Shown: one piece after another, positions 9,324 to 17,460 of the stretch | Layout: every line of letters begins with the position of its first letter | Numbering within the stretch: position 1 is the first letter of the stretch | Source of the DNA: Clostridiales bacterium | Lineage (GTDB): Bacteria > Bacillota > Clostridia > Oscillospirales > Acutalibacteraceae | Length of the DNA: 24,000 nt | Direction of reading: 5' to 3' | Assembly (NCBI GenBank): GCA_036756705.1 | Contig: DAIOKN010000013.1 | Span: forward strand, 30,957 to 54,956 | Position numbers and translations under genes: made by a program | Notes under the pieces: model-generated | Databases searched by the model: none | Told to the model about the DNA's origin: nothing | The model's input: only the letters and a program-made list of their open reading frames with translations

Positions 9324-10637
9324 GTGAAAGCAAAAAAATACTTGTGGGTTTTAGTAGCCGTTTATGTGGCGTATTTTACCCAGGGCATTCAAGCGCTGAT
9401 TCTAAGCCAAAACAAGATTTCGTTCTACACTCAATGGGGATTTACCGATCCGAAAGCCGGTGCGGCGGCGGTCAGCGCGGCGATTGCCTTCACCGGTCTC
9501 GGCAAGTTTGTGACCGTGTGGATCTGCGGTGAAATCTCCGACCGAATCGGTCGTAAACCGATGATTACACTTGGTGCTCTTGTGTATATCATCAGTTTCT
9601 TAGGATTGCTGATGACCACCAGCAACGTGGTTGCAGATGTCTGCGCTTTTGGTTTAGGCGCGGCGACCTCCTGCTTTGACGGAGCCAGTTACCCCGCCGT
9701 GCAGGAAAGCTGGGTGGAAGCTCCCGGCACCGCTTTGATTTTGATTAAAGGTTTCATTTCTCTGTCCGGCCTGATTTATCCGTTGCTGGTTGTTTCGCTG
9801 ACACAAGGCGGGAACTGGAAGTTCGGAATTATTATTCCGCTTGTGCTGTCGATTATTACCTTGATCCTTGCAGTGATTGCATCATATTCCTACGACGAGG
9901 AAATGAAACGCCGCAAGACCGATCCTGTAGCTAAGGCTGCCTATGAGAAAGAGCTTGCCGAAAAAAAGCATGTTCTTGACTCCGACGCCAAACGGGCGGC
10001 TGCGCGCTTTGTTTCCAAACCCCCGAAATTTGTCGTGGTTGGATGTGCCCTTTACGGTTTCATTGCGATGGCCACCATGTATTCTGCTCAGCAGTATATT
10101 AAGGCGTTCGGCAAAGTCGTTGTCGGCATGAGCGATATGAGTGCCGCCGGCCTGACCAGTGTTTACACGGCGGGTTCTTTAATCGCCGTTGTTGTCTGGG
10201 GCCTGTTCATGGCAAAATTCCGTTGGCGCACTTTGAAAGTCTTGCTGATTGATTTGAGCGGCTCTGTCCTCGGTTATGCCCTGATCTGCACCATGCGTGT
10301 TTCCTCCATGGTTTACCTCGCAAGCTTTATGATCGGCCTCTTTGCGGCCGGCGGCGCGCTTCAGTGCGGCGTTTCTCTCATGCAGGAATTCCATCCGGGC
10401 AACAAAGGCAGAAACCTCGGAATTTATTACACGTTTATGGGCCTCGCATCCTATGCGATGCCGCAGCTGCAGTCCGCGCTGATTGGTTCAAGTACCGAAG
10501 CTGCCGCTACCGTGACCAACCTTTTGGTAAATCTCTGCATGGCGGTGATTGGGCTGATCTTCATGATCTTCCTGAGTGCCAACTACAAAAAGTGGTTTGG
10601 TGTCAGCGTCATGTCCAAGAGGGGAGAAAACGAATAA
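9324..10637 (+). CDS. MFS transporter (12-TM, with central cytoplasmic loop)
   Basis: GTG start with GAGGAG 9 nt upstream. MFS motif A GEISDRIGRKP between TM2 and TM3. Two 6-TM halves separated by a charged loop. Confidence 0.85.
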   Translation: MKAKKYLWVLVAVYVAYFTQGIQALILSQNKISFYTQWGFTDPKAGAAAVSAAIAFTGLGKFVTVWICGEISDRIGRKPMITLGALVYIISFLGLLMTTSNVVADVCAFGLGAATSCFDGASYPAVQESWVEAPGTALILIKGFISLSGLIYPLLVVSLTQGGNWKFGIIIPLVLSIITLILAVIASYSYDEEMKRRKTDPVAKAAYEKELAEKKHVLDSDAKRAAARFVSKPPKFVVVGCALYGFIAMATMYSAQQYIKAFGKVVVGMSDMSAAGLTSVYTAGSLIAVVVWGLFMAKFRWRTLKVLLIDLSGSVLGYALICTMRVSSMVYLASFMIGLFAAGGALQCGVSLMQEFHPGNKGRNLGIYYTFMGLASYAMPQLQSALIGSSTEAAATVTNLLVNLCMAVIGLIFMIFLSANYKKWFGVSVMSKRGENE

Positions 10638-10759
10638 TCCCGATTGCTCCCTGTCCTTTGGAAGATTTCCGGCTTCCAGTTTCAGCAGCAGATAAAAATG
10701 TTTTGACAAGCTGCGCGGCGGCGGGTTGGAATCCATGAAAATCCGGGAAAGTGGCGAAA

Positions 10760-10799
10760 GGCATAAAATCTCAGAGAGAATTCTCTGAGATTTTATGCC
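10760..10799. repeat. 40-nt perfect palindrome GGCATAAAATCTCAGAGAGAATTCTCTCTGAGATTTTATGCC-type (an 18-bp stem with 4-nt loop as RNA)
   Basis: Read directly: GGCATAAAATCTCAGAGA GAAT TCTCTGAGATTTTATGCC. The whole 40-mer equals its own reverse complement. It lies 120 nt after the MFS stop in a ~475-nt non-coding gap and no U-tract follows on the plus strand. The palindrome itself is certain; its function is unknown. Confidence 0.9.
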
Positions 10800-11114
10800 G
10801 TCGTTGCAAGTTCAGTCTTGCTGAGAAAAAATCCCCTTGTCTTGAGCAAAGCCGAAAAATATCATTGTGCCGCTTTTTTAAGTTTAACTGGCTTGCTGCA
10901 AGACGATTTGCTTTCATATTTTTCTTCTCATTTTAAATTTCATCAATGGACCCGGCGTGTTGAGTCCCATGCTTAAAAACTTTTCTAATATTTTTTAATG
11001 GCGGCCGGATTCCGTCCGCCATTAAAAATAGAAACAAGGGAATACCGATAAAATCCAAGTTCCATCTGGCAACTTTCCTAAAAATTTTTATCTAAGAGGG
11101 AGACGATTTTACTT

Positions 11115-11988
11115 ATGTCAGAAAGAATTACAGGGCATACAGAACTCATCGGCTTGATTGCCTATCCGATTCGCCACTCAAATTCGCCTAAAATGCATAA
11201 TGAGGCGTTTGCAAAACTGGGATTGGATTATGCGTATCCTTGCATTCGAGGTAGACAATGATACGTTGGAGGACACCGTGAAGGGATTCCGCGCAATGAA
11301 AGTGCGCGGTTTCAATGTATCCATGCCGAACAAGACGGTGATTCATCAGTATTTGGATAAGCTGACCCCTGCTGCCGAAATGTGTGGGGCGGTCAACACC
11401 GTGGTGAATGATAACGGTGTGCTGACGGGAACCATTACGGACGGAATCGGTTATATGACCGCGTTAAAAGACGCCGGAATTGATATCATCGGGAAAAAGA
11501 TGACGATTGTCGGCTGCGGCGGCGCTGCGACGGCGGTAGAAGTACAGGCGGCCCTGGACGGCGTTGCCGAGATGTCTATTTTTAACGCGAATGATAAATT
11601 TTGGCCGAGAGCGGAACATAATGTTCAGACCATTAACGAAAAAACGAAATGCAAGGCGACTTTGCACAGGCTGGAAGACTTGGACGATCTGAAGTCGGAA
11701 ATTGCGTCAAGCGCGCTGTTTGCCAACGCGACATGCGTGGGGATGAAACCGCTGGAAGGGCAGACCTATATTCCGGACAAATCTTTTCTGCGCCCCGACC
11801 TGATCGTTACCGATGTTGTCTATGCGCCGACAGAGACCGCCCTTTTAAAAATGGCAAAAGAAGTCGGATGCAAAACCATGAATGGGATGGGTATGATGCT
11901 GTTCCAAGGTGCTGCCGCATTTAAAATTTGGACGGGCAGAGAAATGCCGATCGACTATATGAAAAAGGTTCTCGATATTCACTATTGA
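11115..11988 (+). pseudogene. ydiB: Quinate/shikimate dehydrogenase, YdiB-type (AroE family), interrupted by a 1-nt insertion (+1 frameshift) near 11238
   Basis: ATG 11115 (RBS GAGGGAGA) encodes [41 protein letters not shown], then hits a stop at 11259-11261. The +1 frame continues [32 protein letters not shown]...GCKTMNGMGMMLFQGAAAFKIWTGREMPIDYMKKVL to 11988. The joined protein is colinear with E. coli YdiB as I recall it (YPIRHSLSP...YMAFEVDND...VSMPNK...GCKTIDGYGMLLWQGAEQF). Confidence 0.8.
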
Positions 11989-12058
11989 CAACTGCGACAA
12001 AAGGGAAAGGGCATTAGTTCCTTTGGTAATCCCGGGTAGAAGATAGTGAAAGGATGAG

Positions 12059-12829
12059 ATGAACCGTATGAAGACAGTTACCGTAAAAAATGTCGTCCTC
12101 GGCGACGGAATTCCGAAGATTTGCATACCGGTTGTTGCGCAGACCAAAGCGGAGATTGTTGAGGAGATCAAAGGAATCAAGCAGTACCATGCCGACCTTG
12201 TCGAATGGCGCGTAGATTGGTTTCAGGATGCTGACAACATTGAAAAGATTCAGGAAGTTCTGCGGGAGCTTTCTCCCGTCGTTCAGGATTTTCCTCTTCT
12301 CTTTACCTTCCGCACAGCAAAAGAAGGCGGAAACCGGGCCATCGATCGGGAATCCTATGTCAAAATCAATCGAGCCGCTGTGGCGACCGGCGTCGTGGAT
12401 TTGATCGACGTCGAGCTGTTCCAGGGCGATGAAGTCATGAAAGAACTCGTTGAGAGCGCGCATCGGTCGGGAGTGAAAGTAGTGGCTTCCAGCCATGATT
12501 TTAAAAAGACTCCACCCAAAGACGAAATCCTCTACCGGCTGAGAAAAATGCAGGACTTGGGGGCTGATATCCCGAAGATTGCCGTGATGCCCAATTCGAA
12601 GCTGGATGTTTTGAAACTGCTAGAAGCCACTGCGGTCATGTCGGAACAATATGCCAAGGGGCCCATCATTACGATGTCCATGTCCGGCTCAGGCGTGATT
12701 TCCCGCCTGACCGGAGAACTCTTTGGTTCTGCGCTGACTTTTGGAGCAGCCCAAAAGGCTTCGGCACCCGGGCAGATCGGTGTGGAAGATCTTTATGGTG
12801 CTCTGCATCTGCTTCACGATAGCCTGTAA
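12059..12829 (+). CDS. aroD: 3-dehydroquinate dehydratase, type I
   Basis: The 256-aa ORF shows the typical type I DHQase layout (KICIPVVAQTKAEIVEEI...ADLVEWRVDWF...; PKIAVMPNS carrying the Schiff-base Lys region). An alternative start at ATG 12068 is possible. Confidence 0.9.
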   Translation: MNRMKTVTVKNVVLGDGIPKICIPVVAQTKAEIVEEIKGIKQYHADLVEWRVDWFQDADNIEKIQEVLRELSPVVQDFPLLFTFRTAKEGGNRAIDRESYVKINRAAVATGVVDLIDVELFQGDEVMKELVESAHRSGVKVVASSHDFKKTPPKDEILYRLRKMQDLGADIPKIAVMPNSKLDVLKLLEATAVMSEQYAKGPIITMSMSGSGVISRLTGELFGSALTFGAAQKASAPGQIGVEDLYGALHLLHDSL

Positions 12830-12949
12830 GGATGTTTAAAACCGGGCTTTTGCCCCCGGTCCGTTGCTGGCTCGGGGGCGGCCTTTCACGGAAGGCTGCT
12901 CTGCCAGAATATGGGACAAAAAATTTACGCAAAGGAGATATGTCCTCTG

Positions 12950-13822
12950 ATGGGAAGCTGGATTGACGGTCATACCGTTCCGTTTGGTCTGATCGGTTCG
13001 CCGGTGGGACATTCCGGTTCGCCGGCCATGTATAATTATTGTTTTGAAAAAGACGGATTAAACTGCGTCTATCTCGCGTTCGAGGTCGATCTGAAGACCC
13101 TGGACGCCGGGATGAAAGCAATTCGGGCTCTGCACTTTAAAGGAATCAATATCACCATGCCCTGCAAAAGCGCTGCCGTTCAATATGCGGATGAGTGTAC
13201 CAAAGCGGTAAGATTGATTGGCGCAACCAACTGCATGATTTGTGAAAACGGTAAATGGATTGCACACAATACCGACGGAATCGGGTATGTAAATAATTTA
13301 AAAGCACATGGAGTGGATGTGAAGGGCAAGAAAGTCACTCTGATCGGCGGCGGAGGAGCCGGCATGGCAATTTTGGTCCAGTGCGCGCTTTCCGGTGCAA
13401 AGGAAATTTCTGTTTTTAATATCCGCGACGCTTTTATTGGAAATCTGGAGGAACGCGCGGAGCTGATTAACCGCGAGGTTTCCGGCTGCACAGTCCGCGT
13501 CTTTGATCTGGCCGACCAGGAAAAGCTGAAGGCGGAGATCGCAGACAGCCAAATCTTGACCAATGCGACCCGAGTCGGCATGGCTCCGCAGGATCAGTCG
13601 ATGGCGGTCCCGGATGTCAGCGTTTTTCATAAGGGCCTTGTGGTTGCGGATACCGTATACAATCCGCGCGAAACCCGCCTGATTCGAGAAGCCAGAGCTG
13701 CCGGCTGCCTGGGCGTTGAAGGCATCGGCATGCTCGTCCGCCAGGGAGAGGCAGCTTATCAGATTTTCACATCCAAAGCCATGCCTGTAGAAGAGGTTCA
13801 GAAAAAATTTTTTGAAACGTGA
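12950..13822 (+). CDS. aroE: Shikimate/quinate dehydrogenase paralog (AroE/YdiB family)
   Basis: MGSWIDGHTVPFGLIGSPVGHSGSPAMYNYCF...YLAFEVD...INITMPCK...NTDGIGY...LIGGGGAGMAI...ILTNATRVGM. Start set to ATG 12950 (AAAGGAGA upstream) because it aligns with the N-terminus of the 11115 paralog. The track start 12911 adds 13 unsupported residues. Confidence 0.88.
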   Translation: MGSWIDGHTVPFGLIGSPVGHSGSPAMYNYCFEKDGLNCVYLAFEVDLKTLDAGMKAIRALHFKGINITMPCKSAAVQYADECTKAVRLIGATNCMICENGKWIAHNTDGIGYVNNLKAHGVDVKGKKVTLIGGGGAGMAILVQCALSGAKEISVFNIRDAFIGNLEERAELINREVSGCTVRVFDLADQEKLKAEIADSQILTNATRVGMAPQDQSMAVPDVSVFHKGLVVADTVYNPRETRLIREARAAGCLGVEGIGMLVRQGEAAYQIFTSKAMPVEEVQKKFFET

Positions 13823-13866
13823 CCGCTGCAACTTCACGTTTTAGCATAATCAGTAATCATACTTGC

Positions 13867-13911
13867 AAAAATCGCCGCTATTGGTTACAATACTCAATAG
13901 AGGCGATTTTT
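13867..13911 (+). terminator. Rho-independent terminator after the ydiB-aroD-aroE operon
   Basis: AAAAATCGCCGCTATTG (11-nt loop) CAATAGAGGCGATTTTT. The core stem is 11 bp with one G/A mismatch, an A-run upstream and TTTTT downstream (bidirectional type). Confidence 0.6.
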
Positions 13912-13981
13912 ATTATGGTTATATCTTATCTATATTTTTTCCTTTGAGACAAACACCAAATAAGCGGAAGAGGGGCTTTTC

Positions 13982-14890
13982 ATGAATTTGTCTCAGCTTT
14001 ATTATTTTAAAAAGTTAGCTGAAGTTCAGCATTATACAAAAGCCGCGAAAGCGCTCTATATTACACAGCCCAGCCTGAGCGAAGCCATTTCGTCGCTGGA
14101 GTCCGAGCTTGACATACAGCTCTTTGTAAAAAGGGGACGCAATATTACGCTTACCCAGTATGGGAAAGAATTTTATCAGTATGTTTCCGCGTCGCTCAAT
14201 GAACTTGACAAAGGTATCGCTGTGATCCAGGAACACGTCAAAGACATCGGAGGCACGATTAATATTGGCTGCATTGCCACTCTGCTGGTCGGATTCATGC
14301 CGCACGCCATGTACTCTTACCGTCAGAAGATCAGCGGAAAAACAGTTTTTCATGTTTTTGAGACTCCGACCGCTGTGGCGGTTGCGGGGCTAAAATCCGA
14401 AATTTATGATGTGGCTTTCTGCTCAAAGGTGGAAGAGTCTGATTTGTGTTTTATGCCGATTCTGGAACAGGAAATGCTGGCACTCGTCAACCGGGACCAT
14501 CCGCTGGCGGACCGTAAAACGATCTCGTTAAAGGATTTGGAAGGTTACAGCCTCGTCACCTATCGCCCGGATATTCAAATCGGCAGAGATGTGGGTGCAC
14601 TTTTAGCTGAAAATGGGCTGAAAGCGGATTGCCTCTTCATGGAAGAAGGTTCAATCGGGGCCTCTGTGAGGGTGAATCCGGTGGTCGGAGTTCTTGCCAA
14701 CACATTATGGCTCAGCCAGTATCCGGATCTGGTGCAGATCCATTTTTCCGATGTTCCAAAAGCGTTCCGAAAAGTTTACATGGTCTACAACAAAAAGCAC
14801 TTTATCACCCTGCCGGTAGAAAGATTCATGAATTTCATCCAGGCAAACCTTGACACACTGGTATCTGAAGACTACCGGTTACAAAATTGA
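13982..14890 (+). CDS. LysR-family transcriptional regulator
   Basis: N-terminal wHTH MNLSQLYYFKKLAEVQHYTKAAKALYITQPSLSEAISSLESELDIQLF is canonical LTTR. 302 aa with a C-terminal effector-binding domain of the right length. Confidence 0.9.
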   Translation: MNLSQLYYFKKLAEVQHYTKAAKALYITQPSLSEAISSLESELDIQLFVKRGRNITLTQYGKEFYQYVSASLNELDKGIAVIQEHVKDIGGTINIGCIATLLVGFMPHAMYSYRQKISGKTVFHVFETPTAVAVAGLKSEIYDVAFCSKVEESDLCFMPILEQEMLALVNRDHPLADRKTISLKDLEGYSLVTYRPDIQIGRDVGALLAENGLKADCLFMEEGSIGASVRVNPVVGVLANTLWLSQYPDLVQIHFSDVPKAFRKVYMVYNKKHFITLPVERFMNFIQANLDTLVSEDYRLQN

Positions 14891-14962
14891 CAGACGCCTA
14901 TACGGGAAAATAAAGAACAGTGCTCCTGTCCAAATGACAGATTTGTTTATGCCAAAGTTCTT

Positions 14963-17164
14963 TTATGGCTTGTTGGGAGTCGGCGCCCGCATTTTATCCA
15001 TCGGGATCCGCATCAACCCGAGTTTGCTGTTCCAAATATAGATTGCAAAATCCCGCTTGCAGCGGAAAGTACACTCCAAACAAGGGTTCTCATCGCAGTA
15101 ACAGTAAGCGTCAGTATCTGCAAGCGCAAATACGAGGGAATGTTTGGCAGGGGTAACATATTTCAGCTGTCCGCCGGTAAAAGTCCTTAAATAAATCCAC
15201 TCCGGCTCCGGAATACCCTCGCTGCATAGCCAGGTAATGCAAACGGCGTTTTCGTTGAATCCGCCGACAATTTTATAATCAACCTGCAGGCCGCAGCCGG
15301 CTTCCCATTCAGCCGGCTGCAATCTTTGCATGGGCGCGGAACAGCAGACTGCCTCCGCCTCCGCAGCGGGGCTGATTTGCTGGAAAACGCTGCCGCACGA
15401 CTCGCAGAGAAAAAATTGCGGCTCGCTGCAAATCGGTTTCGGTTTACTGGTTTCCCTGGCACGCCGCGTCCCAAATCTTTGATCCGGCATCTTGGATGCT
15501 CCTGTCTGAATCTGCTCGGAAGAGTTTTGCCCCATCCGCCGGCTCAATTCTTTCGCAAGCAGGTATTTTTTTACCTTTCCCGACTCTGTCATCGGGATTT
15601 GTTCGATATTTTCCACGCGTTCCGGCCATCCATACTTGGAAACCTTTGATTTGCGCAGAAAATCCGTCAGCGTTTCCAGCGTAACCGGCGCTTTTGCGTC
15701 GGATGGTACGACAAACGCGCAGATCCGTTCTCCCAAACGGGGATCCGGCATTCCGATTACGGCGGAATCCTTCACGGCGGGGCAGCGGCGCACGTTTTCA
15801 TTGATAGCGTTCGCATTTAAATTGACGCCGCCCCGGATAATCACATCCTTGATTCTTCCGATTACCCGGATCTTTTTTTCCTCATCGCGGATGCAGAGAT
15901 CCCCGCTGTGGAACCATCCCTCGTCGTCCAGAACTTTCCCTGTGGCGGCGGGGTCGTTCATATAACCGACAAAAACGTTGGGACCGCGGGACCATTCTTC
16001 TCCTTCGGAACCGTCGGGAGCGTCTTTGCCGTCTCTGCCGACAATGCGCACCTCGACTCCGTCAATCGGCCTTCCGGCGGAAGGCTTGATATCCGCCGAC
16101 CACTCGTCCGGGCGGATCAGCGTATGGGGGATGCTTTCTGTGGAGCCATAGCACTCGCAGACACGGAGCCCGTATTTGGAAGCCTCTTTGACCAGATAGG
16201 ATGGAACCGGAGCACCACCGCAGATAAACAGCCCCAGTGTCGGCATTCTTTGCGGATTCGTCTGAAAAAATTTAAGAATATCGTAGACAAAAGTCGTGGT
16301 CCCCATCGAATAGGTGCAGTGTTCACGGTTTACCAGATTCACCGCATCGGCAACGGAAAAGTGCTTTTGCAGAACGAGTTCCGCGCCGGCCAGCAGGGTG
16401 GACACAATCCCGTGTGCAAAACCTGTGGCGTGATAGAGCGGAGCCGGCATGAACATGATGTCCTCTGCGGTGATTCTGACCGCCTGATTGAATCCCTGTT
16501 CGCAAAAGATCAGGTTGTTGTGCGTCAGCATGGCGCATTTCAGCGCGCCCGCCGTGCCGGAAGTGCAAATGGCTGCCGCTACGGAATCGCTGCCGGCAGG
16601 ACCCGCACTGCGAAGCAGATCCGGATTTTTGGGGGTGTTCATTATCTCCCGAAGGGTTGGAAAAGCGGCAGGCTCCGCCGACTGAGCGTCTTCCACCTGA
16701 ATCACAGTGCAAACGTCCGGATGACGGCGGCACAGCTGTTTCGCAAGCGTGGCATATTCCACGCTTTTGTAGCGGACCGGGCAGAGATAGGCCCGGGTCC
16801 CGACCCGGCGGAAGATTTTAGACAGTTCTTCCCCTTGAAAGGAAGGGGAAAGCGGGTTTGCAACCGCACCGACTTTCAGGCAGGCAATGGTGATGATGGC
16901 AAATTCGCTCCACACCGGAAGCTGATAAGAGACCGTGTCGCCGGGGCGAATCCCGGAAGAAAGAAAATAGGCGGCCAAACGGCTGCTCTTTTCGTCCAGT
17001 TCCCTGTAGGTATACCGAAAGCCGCGGTCATCCGTGACATAGGTGCGGTTTCCGTACCGCTTGACAGTATCGTTCCAGCAATCCAACAGAGTCCGTGACG
17101 TCCAATATCCTTTTTTATAATAGAGATCTTTCTGGCGGTCGTTGATTTTTATCTTGTTTGTCAT
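14963..17164 (-). CDS. AMP-forming aryl/alicyclic-acid CoA ligase (residues ~1-545) fused to a C-terminal desulforedoxin-like CxxC...CC domain and a Cys-rich SOR-like domain (~175 aa)
   Basis: Adenylation motifs are present: TSGTAGALKCAMLTH, YGSTE, WFHSGD, GRIKDVIIRGGVNL, PMTESGKVKK. The N-terminus YYKKGYW resembles EntE/DhbE and alicyclic-acid ligases. The C-terminal FFLCESCGSVFQQISPAAEAEAVCCSAPMQRL matches the desulforedoxin pattern C-E-x-C-G-x-V...V-C-C-x-x-x-M. Confidence 0.88.
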   Translation of the reverse strand: MTNKIKINDRQKDLYYKKGYWTSRTLLDCWNDTVKRYGNRTYVTDDRGFRYTYRELDEKSSRLAAYFLSSGIRPGDTVSYQLPVWSEFAIITIACLKVGAVANPLSPSFQGEELSKIFRRVGTRAYLCPVRYKSVEYATLAKQLCRRHPDVCTVIQVEDAQSAEPAAFPTLREIMNTPKNPDLLRSAGPAGSDSVAAAICTSGTAGALKCAMLTHNNLIFCEQGFNQAVRITAEDIMFMPAPLYHATGFAHGIVSTLLAGAELVLQKHFSVADAVNLVNREHCTYSMGTTTFVYDILKFFQTNPQRMPTLGLFICGGAPVPSYLVKEASKYGLRVCECYGSTESIPHTLIRPDEWSADIKPSAGRPIDGVEVRIVGRDGKDAPDGSEGEEWSRGPNVFVGYMNDPAATGKVLDDEGWFHSGDLCIRDEEKKIRVIGRIKDVIIRGGVNLNANAINENVRRCPAVKDSAVIGMPDPRLGERICAFVVPSDAKAPVTLETLTDFLRKSKVSKYGWPERVENIEQIPMTESGKVKKYLLAKELSRRMGQNSSEQIQTGASKMPDQRFGTRRARETSKPKPICSEPQFFLCESCGSVFQQISPAAEAEAVCCSAPMQRLQPAEWEAGCGLQVDYKIVGGFNENAVCITWLCSEGIPEPEWIYLRTFTGGQLKYVTPAKHSLVFALADTDAYCYCDENPCLECTFRCKRDFAIYIWNSKLGLMRIPMDKMRAPTPNKP

Positions 17165-17215
17165 CGGGATTCCGCCACTCCTCTCTAAACTTTTTTATGG
17201 AAATGCACTGTATTT

Positions 17216-17244
17216 ATTATACAATAAAATGTGTAAAATACACA
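17216..17244 (-). promoter_or_regulatory. Candidate promoter (-10 TATAAT) of the ligase gene, overlapped by the palindrome TGTGTA-N3-TACACA
   Basis: The minus strand reads TTGTGT-18 nt-TATAAT (TATAAT = 17221-17216). The 15-nt palindrome TGTGTAAAATACACA at 17230-17244 covers the -35/spacer region, as expected for a repressor operator. Confidence 0.3.
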
Positions 17245-17460
17245 AGAATGATTGCTAAAACAATCTATCGTTTTGTGCTATTTATATGGAAATATATATA
17301 GGAAACAACTATGATATGCGGCGGTACCGCAAAGCTCAGAGAGAAAAATTACCATTTTTAAGTAAAAAAATTTTGCATAAATATACAAAGCCCGCTTCGC
17401 TGCGAAAGACTTGAAAAGAGGGTTCGAAATATGGGGTTGAAAGAGTCCTTTCCGGACAGA

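Noticed and set aside
10751-10936. The 61-aa ORF in the MFS/ydiB gap.
   Set aside because: It starts inside the 40-nt palindrome, has no RBS, has an odd composition (FFFSF tail, many Arg/Cys/Lys) and shows no recognisable family. It is most likely non-coding.
10992-11028. The hairpin TTTTTAATGGCGG...CCGCCATTAAAAA as a terminator.
   Set aside because: The T-run precedes the stem and the A-run follows it on both strands, the reverse of terminator geometry. No U-tract would trail the stem in either transcript. I kept it only as a note within the gap finding.
17318-17330. GCGGCGGTACCGC resembles the core of the T-box motif (GGTGGTACCGCG).
   Set aside because: Only about 10 of 14 positions match. 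The match exists because GCGGTACCGC is a self-complementary 10-mer. There is no specifier loop, stem I or terminator/antiterminator context, and no downstream gene in the plus orientation. The downstream minus-strand gene is a CoA ligase, not an amino-acid gene.
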